The notes under the pieces are model-generated. The model was given only the letters and a program-made list of their open reading frames with translations, was not told where the DNA came from and made no database searches. From Sphingobacteriaceae bacterium (lineage in GTDB: Bacteria > Bacteroidota > Bacteroidia > UBA7662): DNA of 64,000 nucleotides. Of this stretch, positions 9,795-18,336 are shown piece after piece. The DNA lies in assembly GCA_013824115.1 (NCBI GenBank), contig PNNG01000022.1:14610-78609 (forward strand), written 5' to 3'. The position numbers were made by a program, and so were the translations under genes. Within the stretch, counting starts at the first letter, position 1. Each line of letters begins with the position of its first letter.

Positions 9795-10420
9795 CCTTCG
9801 TAATAAAAGATGCGCAATTGCGCCGAATCACGCACAAAATCGAGCTTTTGCACCTGCACCCGGTGGATGGGGAGGCCTGTTTTAGCTCTCAAATCTTCAA
9901 GTAATTCAGCCTCTCGATCCTTGGCTACCAAGGCAATTTGTTCGTAAAAAATCACCTTGCTCACCTCTTTTTTGTACAACCAGGTGCTTTCGAGTAAATA
10001 GGTGGTTACCAACAAAATAGCCGAAATGGCTATTTGTAATTGCCATCCGCCAGTGGCCACGGCCGATAAAACCCCAATGGCTATGCTCAAAAACAAATAG
10101 GTCATGTCTTTGATGGAAATGTCTTCGGTGCGGTAACGCAACATGCTGAATACGGCAAACAAGCCAAAGGCAGCTCCCATCGACAATTCGGCTCCATTTA
10201 AGGCATACGAAATGAGAAAAATGACCAGATTGAAGATGAAGAAGGTAAAAAACAGGTCGCGCGTTTTGTACACGCTGAAATAAACGCCACGAATCAACAG
10301 CCAAACCGTAACCAGATTGATGGCAAAACGGGCAAAAAAATTGGCCGAAAGGGCCTCGGTGATGGCAAAGGAGGTTGAATCGCTGGCAACAAGGTCAAGA
10401 AGCAGGGGAGGCATGGGCAA
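9791..10420 (-). CDS. DUF4956-family multi-pass membrane protein
   Basis: 209 aa, several TM helices. Contains AAFGLFAVFSMLRYRTEDISIKDMTYLF, a motif I associate with DUF4956. Overlaps the VTC gene by 26 nt. Confidence 0.6.
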   Translation of the reverse strand: MPMPPLLLDLVASDSTSFAITEALSANFFARFAINLVTVWLLIRGVYFSVYKTRDLFFTFFIFNLVIFLISYALNGAELSMGAAFGLFAVFSMLRYRTEDISIKDMTYLFLSIAIGVLSAVATGGWQLQIAISAILLVTTYLLESTWLYKKEVSKVIFYEQIALVAKDREAELLEDLRAKTGLPIHRVQVQKLDFVRDSAQLRIFYYEG

Positions 10421-11147
10421 TGGCTAATAATTTGGTAATGGTAGGTTTAAAGTGATTTTGTTTGAGCCCGGGATGGAGCAGCGCCATACCCAAGCAGTAT
10501 TTGCTCACCGATCGGGCACCCCAATGTCGCTGCCGCAGGGCTTCCCACATGGGCGAACTTTGGTGCTTGCCTTGTTTGATTTCCACAATGGCCAAGCCGG
10601 GTAAATCGTAACGTCTTCCTTCCGATTCAAACCACAAAGCGGTATCGAGGGTCACACGTTCGTATTGGTAATGGTGCACCAGGGTAATGCGTTCGTAGCC
10701 TACCCGCAAACTGTGCTCGAGTTCGCTAAACCGATAGGGCGAATGTGTTGCAATGAGATCGGCTACTGCTGCACTGGCAGCTTCACTTCTGTGCCCGCTT
10801 AAGCGCATTTTTTTACTCTTTCCCTCGGCATACCGTGCTTTTACCTCCCAAAAAGCCACATCGCTTAGGGTGTAATGCCGGTGTCGTATCTTGAAGCGGC
10901 GGGTGCGACCGCCATGGTGCGATAAATAGCTGTTCAAATCGGCTGTGTCGAAATAGTCGGTTTGGTAGGGATTCACCTGTGAGCCATTCACCTCTAAAAC
11001 GCGATAAAAGGGCGCCACTACCTCCAAAAGCGTGTTGAGTTGCGAAGTATGCACCGCCAATTTGCGGTCGATGCGCTGCAACAGCTCATTGCCTCCCAAC
11101 TCATGCAGGTAAATAGGCTGATATAGGTCTTGCAGCAGGGCTGTCAT
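10395..11147 (-). CDS. VTC-domain (triphosphate-tunnel, polyphosphate-polymerase-type) protein
   Basis: 250 aa. RIDRKLAV followed by YQTDYFDTADLNSYLSHHGGRTRRFKIRHRHY...FWEVKARYAEGKSKKMR matches the pattern of bacterial VTC/CYTH-like domains. Confidence 0.65.
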   Translation of the reverse strand: MTALLQDLYQPIYLHELGGNELLQRIDRKLAVHTSQLNTLLEVVAPFYRVLEVNGSQVNPYQTDYFDTADLNSYLSHHGGRTRRFKIRHRHYTLSDVAFWEVKARYAEGKSKKMRLSGHRSEAASAAVADLIATHSPYRFSELEHSLRVGYERITLVHHYQYERVTLDTALWFESEGRRYDLPGLAIVEIKQGKHQSSPMWEALRQRHWGARSVSKYCLGMALLHPGLKQNHFKPTITKLLAIAHASPAS

Positions 11148-11542
11148 TTGCGAATCACCAAAGTGTCGAGGGTGAGAATTTGCCGCTTTTCGGTGATTTC
11201 GAAAGTGAGTTTCACGGGTTCGCGGGTATTGGTATTGCCAGGGGTTGCCAAACGGTCGGAATAAGCGTACAAGGTATACTTGCCTGGATAGAGGTACTGA
11301 AAACGGTAGGTGCCGTCAAAATGGGTCTCCACATCTTCGCCAAAAGTGGGCTCATCGCCAAAAACCAAAAAAATATCTTCGCGCATGGCCGGATATACGC
11401 TATTGATGTTGGTGAAGGTCGAGTTCCAATCCTCTACCATCACCACACCAGTAACCGTGGCCATGCCGCCTAAACCAGGCTCAGGAGTGCATCCAGCCAA
11501 AACAAACGTCAATGTCGTAAATATGCAAAACAGTATTCTCAT
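11144..11542 (-). CDS. Small lipoprotein, carboxypeptidase-regulatory-like fold
   Basis: 132 aa. Lipobox LAGC. GTYRFQYLYPGKYTLYA resembles CarboxypepD_reg-type domains. Overlaps both neighbours by 4 nt. Confidence 0.5.
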   Translation of the reverse strand: MRILFCIFTTLTFVLAGCTPEPGLGGMATVTGVVMVEDWNSTFTNINSVYPAMREDIFLVFGDEPTFGEDVETHFDGTYRFQYLYPGKYTLYAYSDRLATPGNTNTREPVKLTFEITEKRQILTLDTLVIRK

Positions 11543-13902
11543 TGTTTAACGAAGCGTTTGAATTGAATAAGGCCGTTTTGCTGGGTTTGAACCAAATAAA
11601 TGCCGGCGGGCAACGATTGCACGTCGAGTGGATGTGTGCCTGCAGTAGTTTCGCTGTAAAGCAATTTGCCTTGCAAATCGTAGAGTTTGAATTCGTAACT
11701 GCTTTCAGTGTCACCTGTGCGGATGTTCAACCAATCGCGGGTAGGATTGGGATACAGCAACAAAGCAGCAGGTTTGGCTTTTTCGGCTACTGAGGTAGCA
11801 AAATTGTTGTTGGCTGCAAAGGTGGGCAGGCGGAATTGAAAACTGCCTGTTCCATTCGGAATGCGTGCCCAGGCGGTATCCTGGCGCTGCGCACCAAAAG
11901 TCAATTGATCCAACACATTTTCGAGTGAGTCGCTTAAAACCAGCGATTCACCTAAGGACGAGAGCTTGAATGAAGCATGTAAATTGCCTTGTGCAGTACT
12001 GTCGTCGGCCCACACGATGAGGTAGCCACCCGATGGCAAAATCAAACCACTGGGGAAACGCCATTTGGTTTTGTTGTTAAGGTTATCACTGAGGTACCAG
12101 CCGCTCATGTTTTTAGGCTGGGGACCGTTGTTGTAAAATTCCACCCAATCGTCACGCTCGTTGAACTCATCGCGCGCACCATTGCCGTTGGCGGCTACAA
12201 ATTCGTTGATTACAACCCCGTCTATGGTGGCACTACTTTCCACTACATAGGTGAAAACATCGTGTTCAGCACCCTCAGGCAGGTAACTGGCCGATCGGGC
12301 TGCATTGTTGGCAATGGCCTCTATGTAAAATCTTACCCGGGTGTAAGCCGAAAATCCGGGAATATCGGCTCCATAAACTCCATCGCCAGCCAAACTGTCG
12401 TTGTGGGCACCATCGTCGAACATAGGAACCCGGCTAAACACCCCGGTGATTTGGTTGCTGTAATACAGGTAGAGCTGCTGCATGGCCACCGCACTTCCCA
12501 TTTTTACACGCACTTGCATAGGCTCACCAGGCAGTGGTGCACCCCAGGACTGTTGCTGCTGGTTGAAAATATCCAGCTGCTGAATTACCGGAGCTTGTTG
12601 GGCTACCTCGGCATTGGCCAGCAAATAGTTACGCCTGTTGGTAATAAAGGTTTTGAGTGCAGGTACCCCCGAAGTGTATTGGGTGGTGGTATACAGCTTC
12701 TTGGTGTCGGCTGCAACCAAGCTCGCAATTTGTGCGTTGATGCTGTCGATCAATGGAAAAGCGTAAGTGGGCGTAAATCGATCGTTCAGAATGGTACGGT
12801 AGTGTGCCAAATAGCGCTGACGCCATTCGGGAATGTTGAGCAGCTTATTGAGCAAGGGATAATTGGCGTTGGTCACGTTCTTAAAGGGTGTCCAGCTGGT
12901 GCTGGTAGCCGCGCTGGTAAGAAAAGTGCTGTTGCCATCGTACTCAAATGGAAAAGTACGGCCACTTTCTGGCTCGTAATAAATCATGTAGTCCATTTTG
13001 CCTTTCATCACATAGCTGTCGTCGTCGGCAAAAATGTTCTCGGTGGCCAAAAGCCACAGGGCCCGGTCAACATCAATGTATTTGAGCAGGGTATCGCGAT
13101 TAGCAGCACTGGCCAAACTCAGTTGGTGACATGCCGTGACAAGCTTGCTCCAAGGGTAGTCAATATCGCTCGATTTGAGGCTGTAGTAGGGCTTGTAGCT
13201 GTTGGTATCGGCACCACGATAGTTCATCCCCGCAGTACCATCGCCCCAACCTCCGCCAACACCACTGCCGGTTTCGGGATTGGCACGAAACCGAGCGCCA
13301 TCGTTACTCAAAAACCACTGCTCTAGGAAAACCTTGTCGAGATGCTGCACATTGGGGTAAATTCCCCACGACTGGTCGTTGATTACCAACTTGATAAAGT
13401 TGCCCTTGCCAATGGGGATGTAGCGATTGGCCATGCGGTTGTAAAGTACTTCACGCATAAAAGTGGCGTCTTGATGCGCATTGTTAAATTTGAGATTGCG
13501 GTATCCCAAGAGCGTTTGCGTACTGTCTTTCCAATCGATTTCGATGGCAAACGATTTTTTTTGGGAAGTGCTGATGCCCGTATACGAGGTATTTCCCCTA
13601 AATCGCACGCCTACACTGTCGTAAGCAATCCCTTCGTAAGTGAGTCTCGCAGGGATATTGGTTTCGGAGGCATAGTTGGCCTGCATCAGCGACCAATAAT
13701 TGGTTTGCGGAAATTGCAAACTCACCGTTTTTATATTGGTGGGATTGTAAAAGCCTGTATCGTCCTTTCCACCTTGGTACATCGTACGGCCATCATATGA
13801 AAAGTAATAGCTGGATGGAAGCTGTTGGGCTTGTACGATTTGGGTGGCCAAAAGACCTAAAATGCTCACCAATAGGGGGCGGAGGGTAAAAAAATTCTTC
13901 AT
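11539..13902 (-). CDS. CotH-family protein (atypical kinase fold) with LTD and T9SS C-terminal sorting domain
   Basis: 787 aa with a signal peptide. CotH-like core (…DDDSYVMKGKMDYMIYYEPESGRTFPFEYDGNSTF). LTD (VVINEFVAANGNGARDEFNERDDWVEFYNNGPQPKNMSGWYLSD). CTD (LLLYPNPTRDWLNI…GIYLVQTQQNGLIQFKRFVKQ). Confidence 0.8.
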   Translation of the reverse strand: MKNFFTLRPLLVSILGLLATQIVQAQQLPSSYYFSYDGRTMYQGGKDDTGFYNPTNIKTVSLQFPQTNYWSLMQANYASETNIPARLTYEGIAYDSVGVRFRGNTSYTGISTSQKKSFAIEIDWKDSTQTLLGYRNLKFNNAHQDATFMREVLYNRMANRYIPIGKGNFIKLVINDQSWGIYPNVQHLDKVFLEQWFLSNDGARFRANPETGSGVGGGWGDGTAGMNYRGADTNSYKPYYSLKSSDIDYPWSKLVTACHQLSLASAANRDTLLKYIDVDRALWLLATENIFADDDSYVMKGKMDYMIYYEPESGRTFPFEYDGNSTFLTSAATSTSWTPFKNVTNANYPLLNKLLNIPEWRQRYLAHYRTILNDRFTPTYAFPLIDSINAQIASLVAADTKKLYTTTQYTSGVPALKTFITNRRNYLLANAEVAQQAPVIQQLDIFNQQQQSWGAPLPGEPMQVRVKMGSAVAMQQLYLYYSNQITGVFSRVPMFDDGAHNDSLAGDGVYGADIPGFSAYTRVRFYIEAIANNAARSASYLPEGAEHDVFTYVVESSATIDGVVINEFVAANGNGARDEFNERDDWVEFYNNGPQPKNMSGWYLSDNLNNKTKWRFPSGLILPSGGYLIVWADDSTAQGNLHASFKLSSLGESLVLSDSLENVLDQLTFGAQRQDTAWARIPNGTGSFQFRLPTFAANNNFATSVAEKAKPAALLLYPNPTRDWLNIRTGDTESSYEFKLYDLQGKLLYSETTAGTHPLDVQSLPAGIYLVQTQQNGLIQFKRFVKQ

Positions 13903-13973
13903 TCGAGGCGCTAAAGTCGTTCCGACTGCTAGTGTGAAATTAAGTTTAATTTAATATGAAAAAAACGCAAAGT

Positions 13974-16265
13974 TTACGGAAGGCGCACCCAACGAACCAC
14001 TTCGCGTTGCTGCTTTCCTTGCAAAACCAGTAAATAATGGCCAGATGAGAGCATTTCGGGAAGTTGAGTGGCGCTTTGCTGCGCATCTAAAAGCAGACTA
14101 AAAACTTCACGCCCCTGGGCATCGTAAGCATGCAAGCTTTCAAAACTACCCAAGGGATAGCTAAGCAGGCTGCTTCCGTTGCTCGGATTGGGGTAAACCC
14201 TGCAACTTCCTTTAGATAAACTGCGGCTGGAGGTGGCAAAACCATTGGCCATGCGCGGTGTAGGCTGACCAAAAAGCGTCCAAATCGACCCGCCATCGCC
14301 GCTCCGTCCGTAGGAAACGTCTTCTAATTGGGCACCAAAACTCACGCTGTCGAGCAAGATCGACTGCCCGCCCTGCCATCGGTAAACGCCCACATATTCT
14401 CCTTCTTTGGCCAAGCCAAAGTTGGTGTGTCGTGGTCCACGCGCAGTAAAACTGCTGGCCCAAACCAAATAGTGCCCGTATGGAGCAATGGTGTCGTTGG
14501 GGAAGGTCCACTTGGCCGGATTGCTTGGATTGTCGGTGAGGGTATGGCCATTGAGGAAATACGGTGCATCACTGTGGTTATACAATTCAATCCAATCGCT
14601 GGCTACATTGGCTTCGTCGCGAATGCCACGACTGTTGTCGGCCAGCAATTCATTAATGAACAGCGGACCTCCTTCATTGAGTTGTACCACCAAGGGATTA
14701 CAGGGGCGGAGGCGCTGCTGTTGTGATGCATCGCGCGCCAAAACCTGCACGCCCAAAGCTGCCGATTGGGTGGTAAGGGGCAACCAAGTGCCGTACCATC
14801 CATCGCCTGCTGCGCCGTCGTTGTGCAAGCCATCGTCGTACAAAGCGGTTTGGTTTTGCACGCCATTGAGGGTATAAACTACATGGGCTTGCACCCCGGC
14901 CATCGATTCGTCTTCAATGCGCACCAACACATGCGGTTGTTGACCCACGCGCAACTGGGTAATCCGCGGACGGTGCACTATGGGGGCTACATTCAAATTG
15001 GCGGGAAGGGCTTGCAGGTTGTTTTGACTGCGTTGTTGGAGAAAAGGAAAAATGCCTTTTTTCACGTGTTGAATGGCGTTGGTATGGGTGAACGACTGCT
15101 CAAATTGGCTGTTGGTGAATCCATACGCCATCGATTTGAACGGGTCGGCCAGCGCCGATGGGGTGATGCGGAGCCGCAAATTGTCGGTGGCCGATATAAA
15201 AGCAGGTGTTTGTACGTACTGACTCACCTTGCGGAGGTAAAAATTAAACATGGCCCGGGTTTCGGCATTGGCCATCATTTTTTCATACAAGGGGCGAGGC
15301 TGGTTGGGCTTGAATTGATAGGGCGAAATGGTGGCCCAATCGATGCCCATCCAATCGATGCCCAAGGTATTGTCGGTATCGTAGGGGATGTACTCGAAAC
15401 GTTTGTCACGCTGGTTGTTGTAGAGGTAAAAGTTGTTTTTATTGTAGTAACCATCCCAATGGCCGGCTGTAATGTCGATGGCCAGGTTGAGCAAGTAATC
15501 TTCTACATTCAGCAAGGTATCGAGCGCGCAATGGATCTGGTTGGCTGGCGTTTGGTGCAGCACCCGGATGAATTGGGCCAAATCGCTGTAGTTATCGGCC
15601 GGGGTATTGGTTTTGAGCTCGTAAGGGCGCCTGCCGTTTGACATGAATTTATAGGCATTCGGGTCGTTGGAAATGAATACCAAATCGGCCGGAAACAAAC
15701 ATTTGTACAAATTTCCGTGCTGGTTCCCGTAGCGGGTTTGCACAAAATCTTCGTTTACCACCTCCACATTCATGTACAAACCGCGGTATTGGCCATTGAT
15801 GTAAAGTTCGGTATGACCAATGCGTGAGGCCACGGTATTGAGTCCACGAGCTATATCGGCATACACCTTATTTCGCGAAATGCTCAAATCGTTGTAGCCA
15901 CTTATCAGGTTGAAGTCCTTGTATCCTTCATAACGCTGGCCCTGCACAAAGGTATTCACCGAAATGCGGAAGGATTTTTTAGCGGCACTTCGTGAAAAAT
16001 TGCCCCGCAAACGAATGCCAACGAGCGCAATAGAGTCACGACGCGGACCTCGAATAAATACCATAGAGGCCGGGTATTCGTGTTCGGTATACCAATTGGC
16101 TTGTGCCAACATGTGGTTGAGGCTATCGGGACTCATAAACACATTGATGCGGCTTACCGACAAATCGTCGTAAACAAATCCAGCGGCTGGAAAGCTCGAT
16201 TGGGACAGGCCGAAAAAGGGCAAAAGGGAAAAAAGGAAAGCAAAAAAGCGGACGCGCATCTCCAA
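13974..16265 (-). CDS. CotH-family protein (atypical kinase fold) with LTD and T9SS C-terminal sorting domain
   Basis: 763 aa with a signal peptide. CotH-like GHWDGYYNKNNFYLYNNQRDKRFEYIPYDTDNTLG. LTD (LFINELLADNSRGIRDEANVASDWIELYNHSDAPYFLNGHTLTD). CTD (CRVYPNPSNGSSLL…GHYLLVLQGKQQREVVRWVRLP). Confidence 0.8.
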   Translation of the reverse strand: MEMRVRFFAFLFSLLPFFGLSQSSFPAAGFVYDDLSVSRINVFMSPDSLNHMLAQANWYTEHEYPASMVFIRGPRRDSIALVGIRLRGNFSRSAAKKSFRISVNTFVQGQRYEGYKDFNLISGYNDLSISRNKVYADIARGLNTVASRIGHTELYINGQYRGLYMNVEVVNEDFVQTRYGNQHGNLYKCLFPADLVFISNDPNAYKFMSNGRRPYELKTNTPADNYSDLAQFIRVLHQTPANQIHCALDTLLNVEDYLLNLAIDITAGHWDGYYNKNNFYLYNNQRDKRFEYIPYDTDNTLGIDWMGIDWATISPYQFKPNQPRPLYEKMMANAETRAMFNFYLRKVSQYVQTPAFISATDNLRLRITPSALADPFKSMAYGFTNSQFEQSFTHTNAIQHVKKGIFPFLQQRSQNNLQALPANLNVAPIVHRPRITQLRVGQQPHVLVRIEDESMAGVQAHVVYTLNGVQNQTALYDDGLHNDGAAGDGWYGTWLPLTTQSAALGVQVLARDASQQQRLRPCNPLVVQLNEGGPLFINELLADNSRGIRDEANVASDWIELYNHSDAPYFLNGHTLTDNPSNPAKWTFPNDTIAPYGHYLVWASSFTARGPRHTNFGLAKEGEYVGVYRWQGGQSILLDSVSFGAQLEDVSYGRSGDGGSIWTLFGQPTPRMANGFATSSRSLSKGSCRVYPNPSNGSSLLSYPLGSFESLHAYDAQGREVFSLLLDAQQSATQLPEMLSSGHYLLVLQGKQQREVVRWVRLP

Positions 16266-16683
16266 ATTTAGTAAATCACGGTCAATGGATTGACATGAGA
16301 TCTATAATTTGATTGGTTTGTCGGAAAGTGAAACTCCCCATGTGGTTACCATAGAACGCGGAAAACGCCGATTGAGCCGATTTTTGCGGATCTAATGCTG
16401 CCTCTATAAAGGGTAACCTTTTATCATCAAACCAGGAATACACAGTTGCTGATGATTTTTGCCGCTTTAGTCAAAAATCGCCTAACATCCGTGCGAATCC
16501 GCTAAATCAGCTTCATTGGCGTTCCGACTTTACCGCACTACCTAACTCATTGTTAATGAACAAGTCTATCATCCAAATGGCGTAGTCCCCAGCTTGCTTA
16601 ATATTTCAAACTCTGCCTAATTGAATGCTGATATACAACGAAGAGAGTGCTTCAACTCCAACTTCTAACGCTTAGCAACACCA

Positions 16684-18240
16684 TTACTTTTGAATAAGCA
16701 GCCGGTGTTGACTTTCTTGCTGATTTTGATAGGTGATTTTTACAAAATACAGCCCGTTGCTTAATCCCTGTAATTCGAGTTTGAAGCCATCGGCATTGGG
16801 ATGCTGGACCATCATTTTGGCTCCTTTGGAATTGAAAACAGTGAAGGTTGCCATAGGCACATTACTCTTTATTGAAACGAAGTCTTGAGCAGGCTGAGGG
16901 TACAGGATGGTTTGAAGATCGCCTCGTGATTCAACGGAAGTGGTGTTGCCAATTTGAATCGCTTTTTGCACACTATTAACGCACCCGTTGGGCGCGATAC
17001 TAGTAATGCTAACTCGCCCAATGCTATCATTTCCCCAACTGACTAGAGCCGAATCATTATTGGAGTTTACAATAGTGCCTCCTAGAACCATCCATGTGTT
17101 GGTACTTGCTTGAGCAAATTGTTCTGCCCTGTAAATTTCGGATGAATTTCTTGCTACAAAGGCAGCACCTTCAATTTGTCCTGTTGTTTGAATAGGAGTA
17201 ACATTGATATTGTATTGTTTGATGGTATCGCATGCATTTAAGCCAGGAATGGTATCAAAAACCGTGGTATCACTTGCGAAAAAGCGTCCATCTGGCAAGG
17301 TAACCAAACCGCAGCCCGAAAAAGACTGTGTAACGTACAAGTTACAAATGGCATTCGCGGTTACCAAAACAGGCAAAGAAATACGCGATTCTCCTACTTT
17401 ATTTCCTTGCCTGAACTCTTCAGCAAGAACCGATATCCAGACATTTTGTTGCTGTGAGGGTGTGAAACGTATCAAGCCTGTTGCTGGTTGAATGCTGGTT
17501 GAACCCGCCACAGCAAAAAACGGATTAGATCCCGTTAATGGCGCATTGTAGTTGCTTGTTGTGGTGAGGCTGTTTTTGTTTGATACTAAAGAATATACCA
17601 CGCTGTCACCATCACTTTCTGGGCCAAACAATCGAAACCCAACGGGATTGTTCACGCAGAACACAGGCATTTGGCTGATATTGAATTGAGGACTACTGTT
17701 GCCAGCCATTGAATTGTGTGTTAAATGAGCCTGTAAGAATATATCTGAGTTTGTACCTGAAGTATTTATATTGTCAACAGTCACAATGCAACAAAGTCCG
17801 TTCACGGCAGCATTACCTCCATAAGTCATCCTCCAATTGTCACAGTTTGATGAAGCTACGTTTGGCAGCGTGATGGTATCAAGCCAAGTATAGTTAACGA
17901 AGCCAAATCTACCAACAGTTCCACCACAGTTTGCTGAAACTATACCGCAGCGGAATCCGATGGTATCCAAAGAATAATGTGGCAGTGCAGCGGCAAAACT
18001 CTGATTGCATGTGTTAGCAATCAAAATGTTTACGGGATTAAGGACTAAAAAGGGGCTGCTATTTGACGAAGCCTCACAACTTCTAACCAACTGAAGTTTT
18101 ACGATATATTGACGGCCACCAATATGACTATACGTAAGTGTCCCCCCTGCAATGTGATTGGCTTGTGCAGTAAATGCAGAAATGATCAAAGCTAAAAAGC
18201 TCAAAACGCTTAATGCCTTTTGGATGGCAGACTGTTTCAT
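16684..18240 (-). CDS. Secreted Cys-rich protein with T9SS C-terminal sorting domain
   Basis: The track ORF starts at 18291. I prefer the ATG at 18240 (MKQSAIQKALSVLSFLALIISAFTAQA signal peptide). C-terminal ILYPQPAQDFVSIKSN…GLYFVKITYQNQQESQHRLLIQK. Confidence 0.65.
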   Translation of the reverse strand: MKQSAIQKALSVLSFLALIISAFTAQANHIAGGTLTYSHIGGRQYIVKLQLVRSCEASSNSSPFLVLNPVNILIANTCNQSFAAALPHYSLDTIGFRCGIVSANCGGTVGRFGFVNYTWLDTITLPNVASSNCDNWRMTYGGNAAVNGLCCIVTVDNINTSGTNSDIFLQAHLTHNSMAGNSSPQFNISQMPVFCVNNPVGFRLFGPESDGDSVVYSLVSNKNSLTTTSNYNAPLTGSNPFFAVAGSTSIQPATGLIRFTPSQQQNVWISVLAEEFRQGNKVGESRISLPVLVTANAICNLYVTQSFSGCGLVTLPDGRFFASDTTVFDTIPGLNACDTIKQYNINVTPIQTTGQIEGAAFVARNSSEIYRAEQFAQASTNTWMVLGGTIVNSNNDSALVSWGNDSIGRVSITSIAPNGCVNSVQKAIQIGNTTSVESRGDLQTILYPQPAQDFVSIKSNVPMATFTVFNSKGAKMMVQHPNADGFKLELQGLSNGLYFVKITYQNQQESQHRLLIQK

Positions 18241-18336
18241 GAGGTTAGTTTGTTCAGATATAACAAATATCCAATACTTGAAACATTTCATTCATTTTTC
18301 TTCCTGCAAACGTGCATTCGATGATAGAATGCAAGG

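Noticed and set aside
11989-13326. A very long (445 aa) plus-strand ORF antisense to the CotH gene. Similar antisense ORFs lie at 14766-15641, 18988-19905, 20131-20802, 7380-7811 and 24373-24936.
   Set aside because: For the two I checked (11989 and 14766), the ORF lies in the codon-aligned antisense frame of a well-supported sense gene (for example 11989 is 1 mod 3 versus sense codons anchored at 13902). That frame stays open whenever the sense gene avoids TTA, CTA and TCA. The translations are low-complexity and lack motifs, so I treat all of these as shadow ORFs.
16340-16540. Clusters of short GCGGAT / AATCCG / GATTTTTGCGGAT-type motifs. They also occur at 30280-30420 (ccgcggatgacgctgattaggcggata, aatccgttcaatccgtgtgttccgtg) and as cagagacacggagg at 26341.
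   Set aside because: They resemble, from memory, dispersed intergenic oligonucleotide repeats of Bacteroidota. The copies here are too short and degenerate for me to define an element or its boundaries by eye.
18241-18291. 5' extensions of track ORFs. Track starts: 18291, 21354, 21368, 30472, 35648, 39135, 39832, 44690, 52773, 54828 and 59868.
   Set aside because: The track uses the most upstream ATG, GTG or TTG. In each case a downstream ATG gives a proper signal peptide or the conserved N-terminus of the family, and removes overlaps with neighbouring genes or terminators.
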